Shown one piece after another: positions 1 to 8,604 of a stretch of 64,000 nt of DNA. Each line of letters opens with the position of its first letter. The first letter of the stretch is position 1. Origin of the DNA: Candidatus Saccharimonadia bacterium (lineage in GTDB: Bacteria > Patescibacteriota > Saccharimonadia > UBA4664); the NCBI GenBank assembly GCA_035479295.1, contig DATIIV010000012.1:1010-65009 (forward strand), written 5' to 3'. The notes under the pieces are model-generated. The model saw only the letters and a list, made by a program, of their open reading frames with translations. It was not told the origin of the DNA and searched no databases. The translations under genes and the position numbers were made by a program.

Positions 1-2
1 CT

Positions 3-1022
3 GAGCTTGCGCGCAAATTATGGGAACAGATTCTTCGCATATCCTTTGAAGATGGCAATGCGAGCGATTTATTGACTGAAAATGAAGTTTTTGATCTGCT
101 CGATTTTACGCCCTACTACACGCGTCGAGATCAGGCGGTACCTTCGCTCAGAAAAACAATTCTTGGCCATATGGTAAATGAGGCTGTTGTTTCATCGAAA
201 CTTGGAAGGTACTTCATAACCAACCTCGGAGCCATCTTATTCGCAAAAGATATGTCGAACTTCGATTCTTTGCTGAACCGAAGCGTGAGAGTCATTAAAT
301 ATAAGGGCAATGATAAATCTGCCGTTGAGCGGTCACAAGACGGACAAATGGGGTATGCCCTCAGCCTCGATAATCTCGTTGACTTTCTTATGCTGCTACT
401 TCCTAGCGAAGAATACCTTGAAGGGGGTACGCGTAAAACACGTCAAACTTACTCGCGCGAAATGGTTAAAGAGCTAGCAACAAACATGGTCACTCACCAG
501 GACTTTTCGGTATCTGGCTATGCGCCAAGGGTTGAGATTTATACGGATCGAATTGAATTTACAAATCCTGGCGCACCTGTGATTGAGGTAGCACGCTTCT
601 TGGATAGCAATAATAGCCGTAATCCGCGCCTAGCTAAGTTAATGAGAACCATGAAGCTGTGCGAAGAGCGAGGTATGGGGATTGATATTGTTGAAGCAGA
701 GTGCGAAAAAATGTATCTTCCTTCGCCCTCAATTACTACAAGTGATGATTTTACTCGCGTGATTGTCTTCGACCATAAGACTTTACGTCAATTCAATAGC
801 TACGAACGTATAAATCTCGTGTACATGCACTGCTGCCTCCAACACATCAAGCACGCGTCCATGACGAACGAAACATTGCGTTCAAGGTTTGCAGAGGGGG
901 TGCTATCATCTACTGTTGCATCACGCTGGATAGGTGAAGCCCTGGAAAAGGGTATGATTAAGCCATTTGACCCCACATCTATATCTCGAAAACAGGCAAG
1001 ATATATTCCATGTTGGGCATAG
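3..1022 (+). CDS. ATP-binding protein, RecG C-terminal/HATPase_c_4-like (probably Schlafen AlbA_2-HATPase type), 5'-truncated by the window edge
   Basis: Frame is open from nt 3 (ELARKLWEQILR...). Motifs ELATNMVTHQDF, IEFTNPG and SRNPRLA..MRTMKLCEERGMG are typical of this family. Visibly AT-richer than the rest of the window. Confidence 0.75.
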   Translation, partial: ELARKLWEQILRISFEDGNASDLLTENEVFDLLDFTPYYTRRDQAVPSLRKTILGHMVNEAVVSSKLGRYFITNLGAILFAKDMSNFDSLLNRSVRVIKYKGNDKSAVERSQDGQMGYALSLDNLVDFLMLLLPSEEYLEGGTRKTRQTYSREMVKELATNMVTHQDFSVSGYAPRVEIYTDRIEFTNPGAPVIEVARFLDSNNSRNPRLAKLMRTMKLCEERGMGIDIVEAECEKMYLPSPSITTSDDFTRVIVFDHKTLRQFNSYERINLVYMHCCLQHIKHASMTNETLRSRFAEGVLSSTVASRWIGEALEKGMIKPFDPTSISRKQARYIPCWA

Positions 1023-1199
1023 GCTCCCTATATATACGAGAAGTGACGGAAAAAATAAAAAATGCTCTCTTAAGGGCAAAAAGCCTTGTTTCTTATTTGC
1101 GCCTATTTGTACGAGGCACATTTTTAGCAGCTAGAAAGCAAAATAACAATTACGCCAATGATGGTGATTGAAGAAGAATAGTTCTAACGTCATTCACGA

Positions 1200-1250
1200 T
1201 CCGGCCCCAGGAATTATTCACAAAAGTAACGGCATTTAGGCCGTTTTTTT
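1200..1250 (+). repeat. tRNA-3'-like/att-like remnant (CCCCA-GGAATTATTC) plus terminator hairpin
   Basis: ccggccccaggaattattc shares CAGGAATTATTC with 2974-2985. It is followed by AACGGC-attta-GGCCGTT-TTTTT. Confidence 0.45.
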
Positions 1251-1302
1251 GTCTAAACAGGGGGCTCGAATCCAAATAGCTCCAGTAAGGTATAATCTAT
1301 CT

Positions 1303-1896
1303 ATGAAAACTGCACTCATCCTCCATGGCACTGATGGCACTCCACAAAGCAACTGGTTCCCTTGGCTTAAGGCCGAACTCGAAAAAGATGGCTACTTGGT
1401 CTGGGCGGCAGCATTGCCGAATGCCCATAAGCCAAACATGGAGCTGTATGTCAAAACTCTCTTAAGTACGAAATATGACCTCGGCAGCTGCCCGATGGGC
1501 TGGGATTATAACAAAGATACGCTTATTGTGGGTCATTCCTCCGGCGCGGTGGCAATCCTTGGCTTGCTCCAGGCGCTGCCCAAAGACATAACTGTCGGCA
1601 CGTGCGTATTGGTAGGCTCGTTCAAGGATGACCTCGGCTGGGACTCACTAAGCGAGTTGTTCGAGAAGCCGTTTGATTTTGAACTTATTAAAACCAAAGC
1701 CAAGAAGTTTATCTTCGTCCATTCGGATAACGACCCCTATTGCCCGTTGGAGCACGCAGAGTACCTGAGCAAGCAAGTGGGCGGGGAATTGATTGTGCTA
1801 CCCGGACAAGGGCACTTTAGCGCCGAATTGAATCCGGAATACAAAGAGTTCCCGAGGTTGCTAGAAATTATCAAGGAGGAAAAGGAAAAGCAGTGA
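1303..1896 (+). CDS. RBBP9/YdeN-family alpha/beta hydrolase
   Basis: ILHG..NWFPWL, GHSSG nucleophile, SDNDPY, GHF. Start moved to ATG 1303, 6 nt after TATAAT. Confidence 0.85.
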   Translation: MKTALILHGTDGTPQSNWFPWLKAELEKDGYLVWAAALPNAHKPNMELYVKTLLSTKYDLGSCPMGWDYNKDTLIVGHSSGAVAILGLLQALPKDITVGTCVLVGSFKDDLGWDSLSELFEKPFDFELIKTKAKKFIFVHSDNDPYCPLEHAEYLSKQVGGELIVLPGQGHFSAELNPEYKEFPRLLEIIKEEKEKQ

Positions 1897-2309
1897 ACGT
1901 CACCATTCAAGAGTTTGGCTATCCCGACAACCTCATTCATGAATACGGTCACTGGGTTGTTTTATTGCGTCCTAGGCAGGTAACTGTTGGAAGTTTGGTG
2001 GTGATTGCCAAATCAGACGCCACAAATCTTGGTGAACTAGGGGCTGATGCCTGGGCGGAGTTTGCTACTGTCACGAAAGATATGGAAAGATTGCTCCAGC
2101 GAGTATTTGAGGCCGAGAAATTTAACTATCTTGCGTTGATGATGAAAGATCCGAATGTGCATTTCCATCTCATCCCACGATATTCGAGTTCGGTAAAGGT
2201 AAACGATTCATCCTATGCGGACACAGATTGGCCGCTTAAAACCGAGATGAAGCCTCTCGACATGAGTGATGCTGATTTCGCAGCCATTAAGCAGCAATTA
2301 GTGTCCTGA
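1893..2309 (+). CDS. HIT family protein
   Basis: NVHFHLIPRY (HIT-like motif), FNYLALMM; GTGA overlap with upstream stop. Confidence 0.8.
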   Translation: MNVTIQEFGYPDNLIHEYGHWVVLLRPRQVTVGSLVVIAKSDATNLGELGADAWAEFATVTKDMERLLQRVFEAEKFNYLALMMKDPNVHFHLIPRYSSSVKVNDSSYADTDWPLKTEMKPLDMSDADFAAIKQQLVS

Positions 2310-2314
2310 ACCTA

Positions 2315-2423
2315 ATATCCTTTACTATCCCACAAACTGCGGTGTAGCATTCCGTTCGAAACTTGAACTCTAGCTCGTCCCAAAGCACTTATGCCTAAAG
2401 AGGCTTAATGAAGCCACTTTTTG
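2315..2423 (+). repeat. Degenerate direct repeat copy A (about 70 bp plus hairpin)
   Basis: atatcc-N24-TAGCAtTCCGTTCGAAACTTGAActCTAGCTCGtCcCA, then hairpin aaagaggctt/aagccacttt. Colinear with 2908-3016. Confidence 0.8.
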
Positions 2424-2451
2424 AGTACCAATAAGTTGGTATAATTACCCC

Positions 2452-2901
2452 ATGGAAATACGTCGCGCCCAGCTTGCAGAAGCCGAATCACTTGCAAATC
2501 TATTTCTCCGGTCGTTCCGCTCGGCACTGCCGACAGTCAAGCTTGCCCATACTGATGACGAAACACGTCAGTGGTATCGTGACCACTTGCTTCCGGAAAC
2601 TGACACTTGGGTCTTTATTCGAGAAGGCAAGATAGTCGGTTTTATTTCACTTAGCGCCTCTACAGTCGAGCAGCTTTACGTCGACAGCCGCGAGACCGGA
2701 AAGGGTGTAGGCGCAAGACTCATCGAAACCGCCAAGCAAATCCGGCCCAAAGGGCTGAGTCTGGCAACATTTGCGGTAAACATACCGGCCCGGCGATTTT
2801 ATGAGAAGCACGGCTTTAAACATGTTCGCTCCACCGACGGGTCAAACAACGAAGAGCATGAGCCAGACGTTTACTACGAGTGGAAACCAACCAAAGAGTA
2901 G
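2452..2901 (+). CDS. GNAT family N-acetyltransferase
   Basis: LYVD..ETGKGVG acetyl-CoA motif A; N.PARRFYEKHGF. Confidence 0.9.
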   Translation: MEIRRAQLAEAESLANLFLRSFRSALPTVKLAHTDDETRQWYRDHLLPETDTWVFIREGKIVGFISLSASTVEQLYVDSRETGKGVGARLIETAKQIRPKGLSLATFAVNIPARRFYEKHGFKHVRSTDGSNNEEHEPDVYYEWKPTKE

Positions 2902-2907
2902 AGTTTT

Positions 2908-3016
2908 ATATCCTTCACCAACGCACATATCGCCGCATAGCACTCCGTTCGAAACTTGAATCCTAGCTCGCCTCAGGAATTATTCTTAATGATGGCTTTA
3001 TGTAGCCATTATTTTT
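2908..3016 (+). repeat. Degenerate direct repeat copy B (about 70 bp plus hairpin)
   Basis: atatcc-N24-TAGCAcTCCGTTCGAAACTTGAAtcCTAGCTCGcCtCA-GGAATTATTC, then hairpin aatgatggct/agccattatt-TTTT. Confidence 0.8.
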
Positions 3017-3147
3017 TAAGTTAAACGCTACGACCCCCCAAGAATTATCACTACTTTCGCTCAGTATTGTAATGCCATCTTTCTCTACCAACGGGTAACA
3101 CGCCGTGCCGCCGGTCCAGGCTTTGATTGAGATGCTATAATGTAGCC

Positions 3148-3207
3148 ATGAGATATCGACGAACTGCTTTTTCTGATCTATCGGCCGCGCCCTTGCGCAC
3201 AGAGTAG
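3148..3207 (+). CDS. Putative leader peptide MRYRRTAFSDLSAAPLRTE of the ABC-F gene
   Basis: ATG lies 6 nt after extended -10 TGcTATAAT (3133-3141); contains an R-x-R motif; ends 66 nt before the ABC-F start. Confidence 0.6.
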   Translation: MRYRRTAFSDLSAAPLRTE

Positions 3208-3219
3208 TCTGTTGTCCAG

Positions 3220-3273
3220 ATACGTCTCCGCGAAGCGCCGGCTGGTCCGGTGTTTTATTTTGAGGAGATGTAT
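3220..3273 (+). promoter_or_regulatory. SD-sequestering hairpin (translational attenuator candidate)
   Basis: ATACGTCTCC (3220-3229) pairs with GGAGATGTAT (3264-3273), which holds the ABC-F SD; inner hairpin GCGCCGG/CCGGTGT. Confidence 0.6.
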
Positions 3274-4755
3274 ATGCTGGCATTACATGCAGTGACAAAA
3301 GAATATGATGGCTTGGCCGTGCTCGACAACGTGGAGCTGACGCTGAAGCCAGGTGACGTGGTCGGCTTGATCGGGGCTAACGGGGCCGGTAAGTCTACGC
3401 TGCTACAGATAGCGGCTGGGGTGGTAGAGCCTGGCCGGGGTACGGTCACCACCGATGGCGAGGCGGTTGGCTACCTGCCGCAGCGGCAGCCGGACGCGCA
3501 CCTACGCGTCGAAGCGTACCTGACCAACCTTCTGCCGTGGCCCGATGAGGCCTATCGGCTAGAGATTGCTCTGGCCAAAGTAGGGCTTGGCTATGAGCTA
3601 AAATCTCGTTGGCTCGACGAGCTAAGCGGTGGTCAAAAGACGCGCGTGGGGCTGGCCGGGCTACTCTTGAGCAACCCCTCGGTTCTGCTCCTGGACGAAC
3701 CGACCAATAATTTAGACAGCGACAGCCTGGATTGGCTCATTGGGTTTATCCGGCGCTTCGAGGGCGCTGCTTTGATGGCCTCGCACGACCGGCGTGTTCT
3801 CGATCTGGTAACGACGCAGGTTGTGGAGCTGGCTCATGGACGGTTGGCCCACTACGGTGGCAACTATAGCTTTTACCTCGACCAAAAGGCTATAGAGCGA
3901 GCAGCCCAAGCAGTAAAGTACCAGACCTATCGGACCGAGCAGAAACAACTAAAACAAGCCATCGCTCAAAAGCGCGCCATGGCCGATAAAGCAGGACGAG
4001 CCAGTGCGCCTGATAATGAGAAGATGATTACGCACTACCTGCAAGATAAAGTTTCGCGCCTCTACCATAAGGACGCCAAAACCATGACGAAGCGACTGGA
4101 GCGGCTACCCGAGGTTCAGCGGCCGGCGCCGGATCGCACATATACCGTCACTGTCTCCGGCCAGACCGCCGCCGCCAAGCTCATCGTGGCGGCAGAGAAC
4201 TTGGCCTTTGCCTACAACGGTCACGAGGTAATTGAAGACGTGTCATTTGAGATTCGTGGCTCACAGCGGCTGGGAATTCTGGGTGCAAACGGCGCCGGTA
4301 AGTCTACGCTGCTTAAACTCGTGGCTGGTCAGCTCCAGCCTTCCCGCGGCCAAGTCAGGCTGGGTCAGGGGGTGCGTCTGGGCTATTACTCCCAAGAGGC
4401 GACAGAAGTGATGCTTGGCACGGGCCTCGATTATTTGCGAACCTCGGGCGCCTCGGTGCAGGCTTGCTACGATATGGCGCTGAGCCTTAGGCTATCGCCT
4501 GGGGCTGTGCGCCAGCTATGCAGTCAGCTCTCGTATGGTGGGCTGGCTAAATTGAGGTTTGCGGCGCTATTACTGCAACCCGTGGACCTCCTCGTTCTCG
4601 ACGAGCCGACCAATCATCTCGAGATCGGGGTGCGTCACGACCTTGAGGCTGGGCTTCAGCAGTATGGCGGGGCGATAGTAGTCGCCTCCCACGATGCCTA
4701 CTTTTTAGAACGCATAGGGCTAACCGATGCGCTGACGCTAAAGAGCGGCGGCTAG
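3274..4755 (+). CDS. ABC-F family ATPase (ribosomal protection-like)
   Basis: Two NBDs (GANGAGKS twice, LSGGQ/LSYGG, LLLDEPTN, ASHD) with a long helical linker and no TM segments; SD GAGGAG before ATG 3274. Confidence 0.9.
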   Translation: MLALHAVTKEYDGLAVLDNVELTLKPGDVVGLIGANGAGKSTLLQIAAGVVEPGRGTVTTDGEAVGYLPQRQPDAHLRVEAYLTNLLPWPDEAYRLEIALAKVGLGYELKSRWLDELSGGQKTRVGLAGLLLSNPSVLLLDEPTNNLDSDSLDWLIGFIRRFEGAALMASHDRRVLDLVTTQVVELAHGRLAHYGGNYSFYLDQKAIERAAQAVKYQTYRTEQKQLKQAIAQKRAMADKAGRASAPDNEKMITHYLQDKVSRLYHKDAKTMTKRLERLPEVQRPAPDRTYTVTVSGQTAAAKLIVAAENLAFAYNGHEVIEDVSFEIRGSQRLGILGANGAGKSTLLKLVAGQLQPSRGQVRLGQGVRLGYYSQEATEVMLGTGLDYLRTSGASVQACYDMALSLRLSPGAVRQLCSQLSYGGLAKLRFAALLLQPVDLLVLDEPTNHLEIGVRHDLEAGLQQYGGAIVVASHDAYFLERIGLTDALTLKSGG

Positions 4756-4853
4756 CTCATGCCCAATGGTGTCGCCGGCCTGGCTTTTATAACATGCCAC
4801 AGTTGCACATATTACTTATGCTTATAAAATAGGAGCAGTAAGACGGGGCATGC

Positions 4854-6665
4854 GTGGTAACTAAGAGAACTCGAGCCGTGGTTCGTGGCGCCAGGCTCAT
4901 GGCGGCTCTGGCACTGGTTTTGGCGCCCATATTGCCGATTGGGCCCCAGGCCCAGGCTACTGGGCCGGCGGTTGATAATGTCGCCACCTGCGCCGACCTA
5001 GCTACCCTGGGCACTAACCCCAGTGCGGCCGGCGATACCATTAACCTAATCGCCGATCTTGACTGCACCGGCGTGGGCTTTACAGCCATCTTTAGTGGTG
5101 GCTTCACCGGCACGTTTGACGGGCATGACCACAGCATCAGCCACCTCACGATTAACCAGCCGGGCAATTATGACGTGGGTTTGTTTAGCAATACGAATGG
5201 CGCCACCATTCAAAATCTGAACCTGGTCTCTGGCTCGGTGGCTGGCTCCAACGCTGCCGGTGGCCTGATTGGCCTCGCTCAGAACACCACGGTTAAACAC
5301 GTTACCTCGGCCGTCAATGTGAGCTCGGCGGGCGACCAAGTGGGTGGTTTGATTGGTCTAGTTCAGAGTCCCGGCACCACCCTCATTCAAGATGTGGCCG
5401 TTACGGGCGACGTGACCGATCCAGGCGGCTTATTTGGCGGCGGCTACGTGGCTGGTCTGGTTGGGCTGGTGATTGCCGATAGCGGTGATGCCGCCACGCT
5501 TCAGCGGGTGTCTTATGCCGGTAGTCTCTCGGCCAACAGCGGCTCGCGGGTTGGTGGCCTCATGGGCGCCGCCTTTGTGACCGGCAACTCGGCTGCGGCC
5601 GCCGTCACCATCGCCGACTCCTACAACGCCGGTACCGTTACCACGAGCGATAACGAGGTTGGCGGTATTCTAGGCTCGGCCATCGCCATCGGCAGCGGGG
5701 TTACCAGCATCATCGACCTCAGTCGAGTCTATAACCGGGGCGCGGTCATCGGCACGGATGGAGTCGGCGGCTTGTTTGGCATCGCCAACTCGACGCATAG
5801 TGGCGACGCCATTAGTATTACCGATAGCTTCTCGGCCGGCGCAGTGACCGCGACGGTGGCCAACGGCGGTGGGCTCGTGGGCGCCAATAGTGCCGACCCG
5901 CCCACAATCTTGAGTACCACTAACGATTTTTATGACGGCCCGGCTACTGGCCAGAGCGTCTGTGCCGGGCTGCTGGCGCCCACCGGCAGCTGCACCCGGA
6001 TCGATACTGGCTCCCAACCTAGCTACTTTAAGGCCAACCGTACCAACCCGCCGTTAAATAACTGGGACTTTAGTACCATTTGGACGACCAACCCTGGCAC
6101 TTATCCCACGCTTATCCCAGTTAGCGATGGCGACGGCATTGCACTGGCCGAAGAGGGTACGGCGCCCAACCTGGGTGACGCCAATAACGATGGCATTAAC
6201 GATGCGGCCGAGGCCAACGTCACGAGTTTTGTCGATGCCGTAGATGGTCATTATGTGGCAGTGGCGCTCGATCCCGCTTGTTCCAATGGAACGGTCAGCA
6301 CGGCGCCCGAATCATCCAATGCCGTGGCCGATGCCGGCTACGATTATCCTGCCGGTCTGGTTAGCTATACCTCTAACTGCGCTACGCCTGGTTTTACCGC
6401 TACGGTTAGCCTGTATTTTTACGGCGTCAGTAGTGCCAATCTCGTAGTGCGCAAATATAATCCCGCCATTCATGGTTACAGCGCTATTCCTGGAGCTAGT
6501 CTGTCGTCGGCTACCATTGGTGGCCAGCCTGCGGTTAAGGCCACTTACCAAATTACGGATGGCGGGGCGCTGGATGAAGATGGCACTGCTAACGGGGTGA
6601 TCGTTGACCCAGTAGGCCTGGCTCGTAATGTCGTTGGCGCGCCCAACACCGGTGGGCGCTTTTAA
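4854..6665 (+). CDS. Secreted GLUG-motif surface protein with choice-of-anchor U-like C-terminal domain and APNTG sorting motif
   Basis: Signal peptide; FTGTFDG..H.I; repeated VGGLIG/GGL.G units; ITDGGALDEDGTANGVIVDPVG; terminal APNTG. Confidence 0.75.
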   Translation: MVTKRTRAVVRGARLMAALALVLAPILPIGPQAQATGPAVDNVATCADLATLGTNPSAAGDTINLIADLDCTGVGFTAIFSGGFTGTFDGHDHSISHLTINQPGNYDVGLFSNTNGATIQNLNLVSGSVAGSNAAGGLIGLAQNTTVKHVTSAVNVSSAGDQVGGLIGLVQSPGTTLIQDVAVTGDVTDPGGLFGGGYVAGLVGLVIADSGDAATLQRVSYAGSLSANSGSRVGGLMGAAFVTGNSAAAAVTIADSYNAGTVTTSDNEVGGILGSAIAIGSGVTSIIDLSRVYNRGAVIGTDGVGGLFGIANSTHSGDAISITDSFSAGAVTATVANGGGLVGANSADPPTILSTTNDFYDGPATGQSVCAGLLAPTGSCTRIDTGSQPSYFKANRTNPPLNNWDFSTIWTTNPGTYPTLIPVSDGDGIALAEEGTAPNLGDANNDGINDAAEANVTSFVDAVDGHYVAVALDPACSNGTVSTAPESSNAVADAGYDYPAGLVSYTSNCATPGFTATVSLYFYGVSSANLVVRKYNPAIHGYSAIPGASLSSATIGGQPAVKATYQITDGGALDEDGTANGVIVDPVGLARNVVGAPNTGGRF

Positions 6666-7275
6666 CGGTTGGTGGCGCTATCGGGCCGGCGGCCTGGCCA
6701 TGGTGGCGGCTGGTGGAGTCGTCTTTGCCTTAGCTAACCATTACGCCGTCTATAGACCTGCCGCCCCGGCCGCGGCCTCTCGTTCGGCCTCCGCCGCCCA
6801 GGCTCAACCGGCCGCTCCAAGCCCAGGCGCCGCTCGTGTCGGGCGAATCACGATACCAGCTATTGGCGTCCAGGCGGTGATGCACCCGCTGGGCCTCGAT
6901 GCCAGCGGCCAGATGGTTGCGCCGGCGGATATTAGCACCGTGGGCTGGTATGACCGCTCGGTTGAGCCCGGCGCTCTGGGCCTGAGCATCGTCGATGGTC
7001 ACGTGGATGGTCCGGCTGGACAGCCGGGTGCGTTCTTTCATTTGGCCCAGCTTAAGCCGGGTGATGGCATAACGATTGCGCGGACTGATGGCGTGGCCGT
7101 GCATTATCGGGTTATGAGCCTCCAGAGCTTGCCGGTAGCCCAGGCGCCGGGGGCGTTGTTCTCTCAGGATCCCAAAGTAGCTCGCCAACTCAACCTTATA
7201 ACCTGTGGCGGCCTCTACGATGGCAAGACGGGGCAGTATGCCGATCGGGTGATCGTCTCGGCGGTCCAGCTGTAG
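6652..7275 (+). CDS. Class F sortase
   Basis: N-terminal TM; VGWY, GHVD (His), LITCGG (Cys), RVIV (Arg). Start uncertain (ATG 6628 or GTG 6652). Confidence 0.9.
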   Translation: MGAFNGWWRYRAGGLAMVAAGGVVFALANHYAVYRPAAPAAASRSASAAQAQPAAPSPGAARVGRITIPAIGVQAVMHPLGLDASGQMVAPADISTVGWYDRSVEPGALGLSIVDGHVDGPAGQPGAFFHLAQLKPGDGITIARTDGVAVHYRVMSLQSLPVAQAPGALFSQDPKVARQLNLITCGGLYDGKTGQYADRVIVSAVQL

Positions 7276-7428
7276 TTGGAATTATCTGGCTAGTCCTGGC
7301 CGGATTAAATTTGAGCCTCAGGCAGCCGACTTTTTGGATGAATCACTCATGTTAAGCATAAGCGTTTTGTAGGAAAATAACCCTCGTCCGTGCATTCTAT
7401 GCCCATATAAACTACAAAGGAGTTCCTT

Positions 7429-7689
7429 ATGCATGATATTGATCGGCTCGAACGTGAGATTAAAGCCCTACAGCTCGATTTAAACAAGATCGCCGGCAGT
7501 GCGCGCTGGATAGAGCTGCTAAAGATGATTCATTTCCCCGGCTACACCACGCCGGCCGAGTTCTACTTGGTCGATAACGTCGTCAAGTCCATGGCGGGCC
7601 AAGTTCGGGTACTTCAGCATTTGGAGCAGACGCTGTTTGAGGGCAGCCACATCATTGTGGGCAAAGAAGTCGAGGGCCCGGCGCAGTAG
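7429..7689 (+). CDS. Hypothetical protein
   Basis: SD AAGGAG; IHFPGYTTPAEF-type conserved-looking segment. Confidence 0.7.
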   Translation: MHDIDRLEREIKALQLDLNKIAGSARWIELLKMIHFPGYTTPAEFYLVDNVVKSMAGQVRVLQHLEQTLFEGSHIIVGKEVEGPAQ

Positions 7690-7711
7690 CCGAACGGCTC
7701 TTTGGTAAGGC

Positions 7712-7741
7712 AAAAAGGAGGCCAATCAAGGCCTCCTTTTT
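7712..7741. terminator. Bidirectional intrinsic terminator
   Basis: AAAAAGGAGGCC-aatcaa-GGCCTCCTTTTT between convergent genes. Confidence 0.85.
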
Positions 7742-7765
7742 GCTGGCATGGCGCCGTCCGTCTCG

Positions 7766-7966
7766 TTACCGGTCGCGGCTCATCCAAGCCATTACCAGCA
7801 AGCCTACTCCTAGGCCAATGATGGCGCCGGCAGTTAAGCCCAGCCACAACGGCTTCACGAATAGTCCGACGCCGAGGCCGATCATAAAGCAGCCGGCCAG
7901 GGCGATGCCGCCCGATTCATAGTCTTTAAACGGGTTAGTGGGGTATTGGGGGTGTTCGTTTGACAT
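7766..7966 (-). CDS. Small two-TM membrane protein
   Basis: IGLGVG repeats; directly downstream of the EXLDI gene. Confidence 0.65.
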   Translation of the reverse strand: MSNEHPQYPTNPFKDYESGGIALAGCFMIGLGVGLFVKPLWLGLTAGAIIGLGVGLLVMAWMSRDR

Positions 7967-7983
7967 GATGGGTTCCTTCTTCA

Positions 7984-8487
7984 TTAAATATCCAAATATT
8001 CCACCGGCGCTTCATCGCGGTGCTGCGCCTGGTGCATCAGCTTGAGCAGCGCGCTCGGCAGCTGGCCCTCGGCCTCGTCCAGCGACGCAAACACCAGGAG
8101 CTGAGTGTCGGGCGTGTAGTCGAAGTAGTCGGCCGTGCGCCAAAAGTCGCGCTGGCGAAAGACCTCCAGATTGGGCTGCTTGGTGATCTCCACCGCCCAC
8201 TGGTTCTTGGCGGTCTTAAAGACCCGGGCGGTGTACCAGTCGTTGTGGTCGCCGGCACCCTGCCACTTAATGAGCAGTCGGCCGTTAAAGCGCTTCTCCT
8301 GCTGTAGGCCCGTGGTGCCGGTTTGCACCACGATCTCCTTGAGACCCTTGGCCTGGGCCTCGCTACGAGTGATGAACTCCTTGAGCGCCCGCACCAGCAC
8401 CGACGACAAATTATCGCCGGCCAGCTGCTGCGCCCGCTCGTACAGGGTCTGATCTTCATTTGAAACGTAGATGGTTTTGTTTGGCAT
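7984..8487 (-). CDS. EXLDI family protein
   Basis: N-terminal MPNKTIYVS..D..LYERAQ.LAG.NLS and C-terminal EYLDI. Confidence 0.85.
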   Translation of the reverse strand: MPNKTIYVSNEDQTLYERAQQLAGDNLSSVLVRALKEFITRSEAQAKGLKEIVVQTGTTGLQQEKRFNGRLLIKWQGAGDHNDWYTARVFKTAKNQWAVEITKQPNLEVFRQRDFWRTADYFDYTPDTQLLVFASLDEAEGQLPSALLKLMHQAQHRDEAPVEYLDI

Positions 8488-8604
8488 AATACTTGTTACT
8501 TATACATACAAGTATACACATAGTTGATGATTATGCAAGCCTTTGATCTTATGGTGCGGATGTCATAAGATACATCGGTCCACCCTGGTTGCATTGGAGG
8601 CATC

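Noticed and set aside
1097-1109. 13-mer TTTGCGCCTATTT also at 19581
   Set aside because: Two copies only in unlike contexts; plausibly chance.
1261-1284. tRNA gene (GGGGCTCGAATCC...CTCCA)
   Set aside because: T-loop-like fragment only; no cloverleaf.
2315-3016. CRISPR array or integron attC sites
   Set aside because: Only two long degenerate copies about 590 bp apart, no cas genes, and no RYYYAAC...GTTRRRY attC ends.
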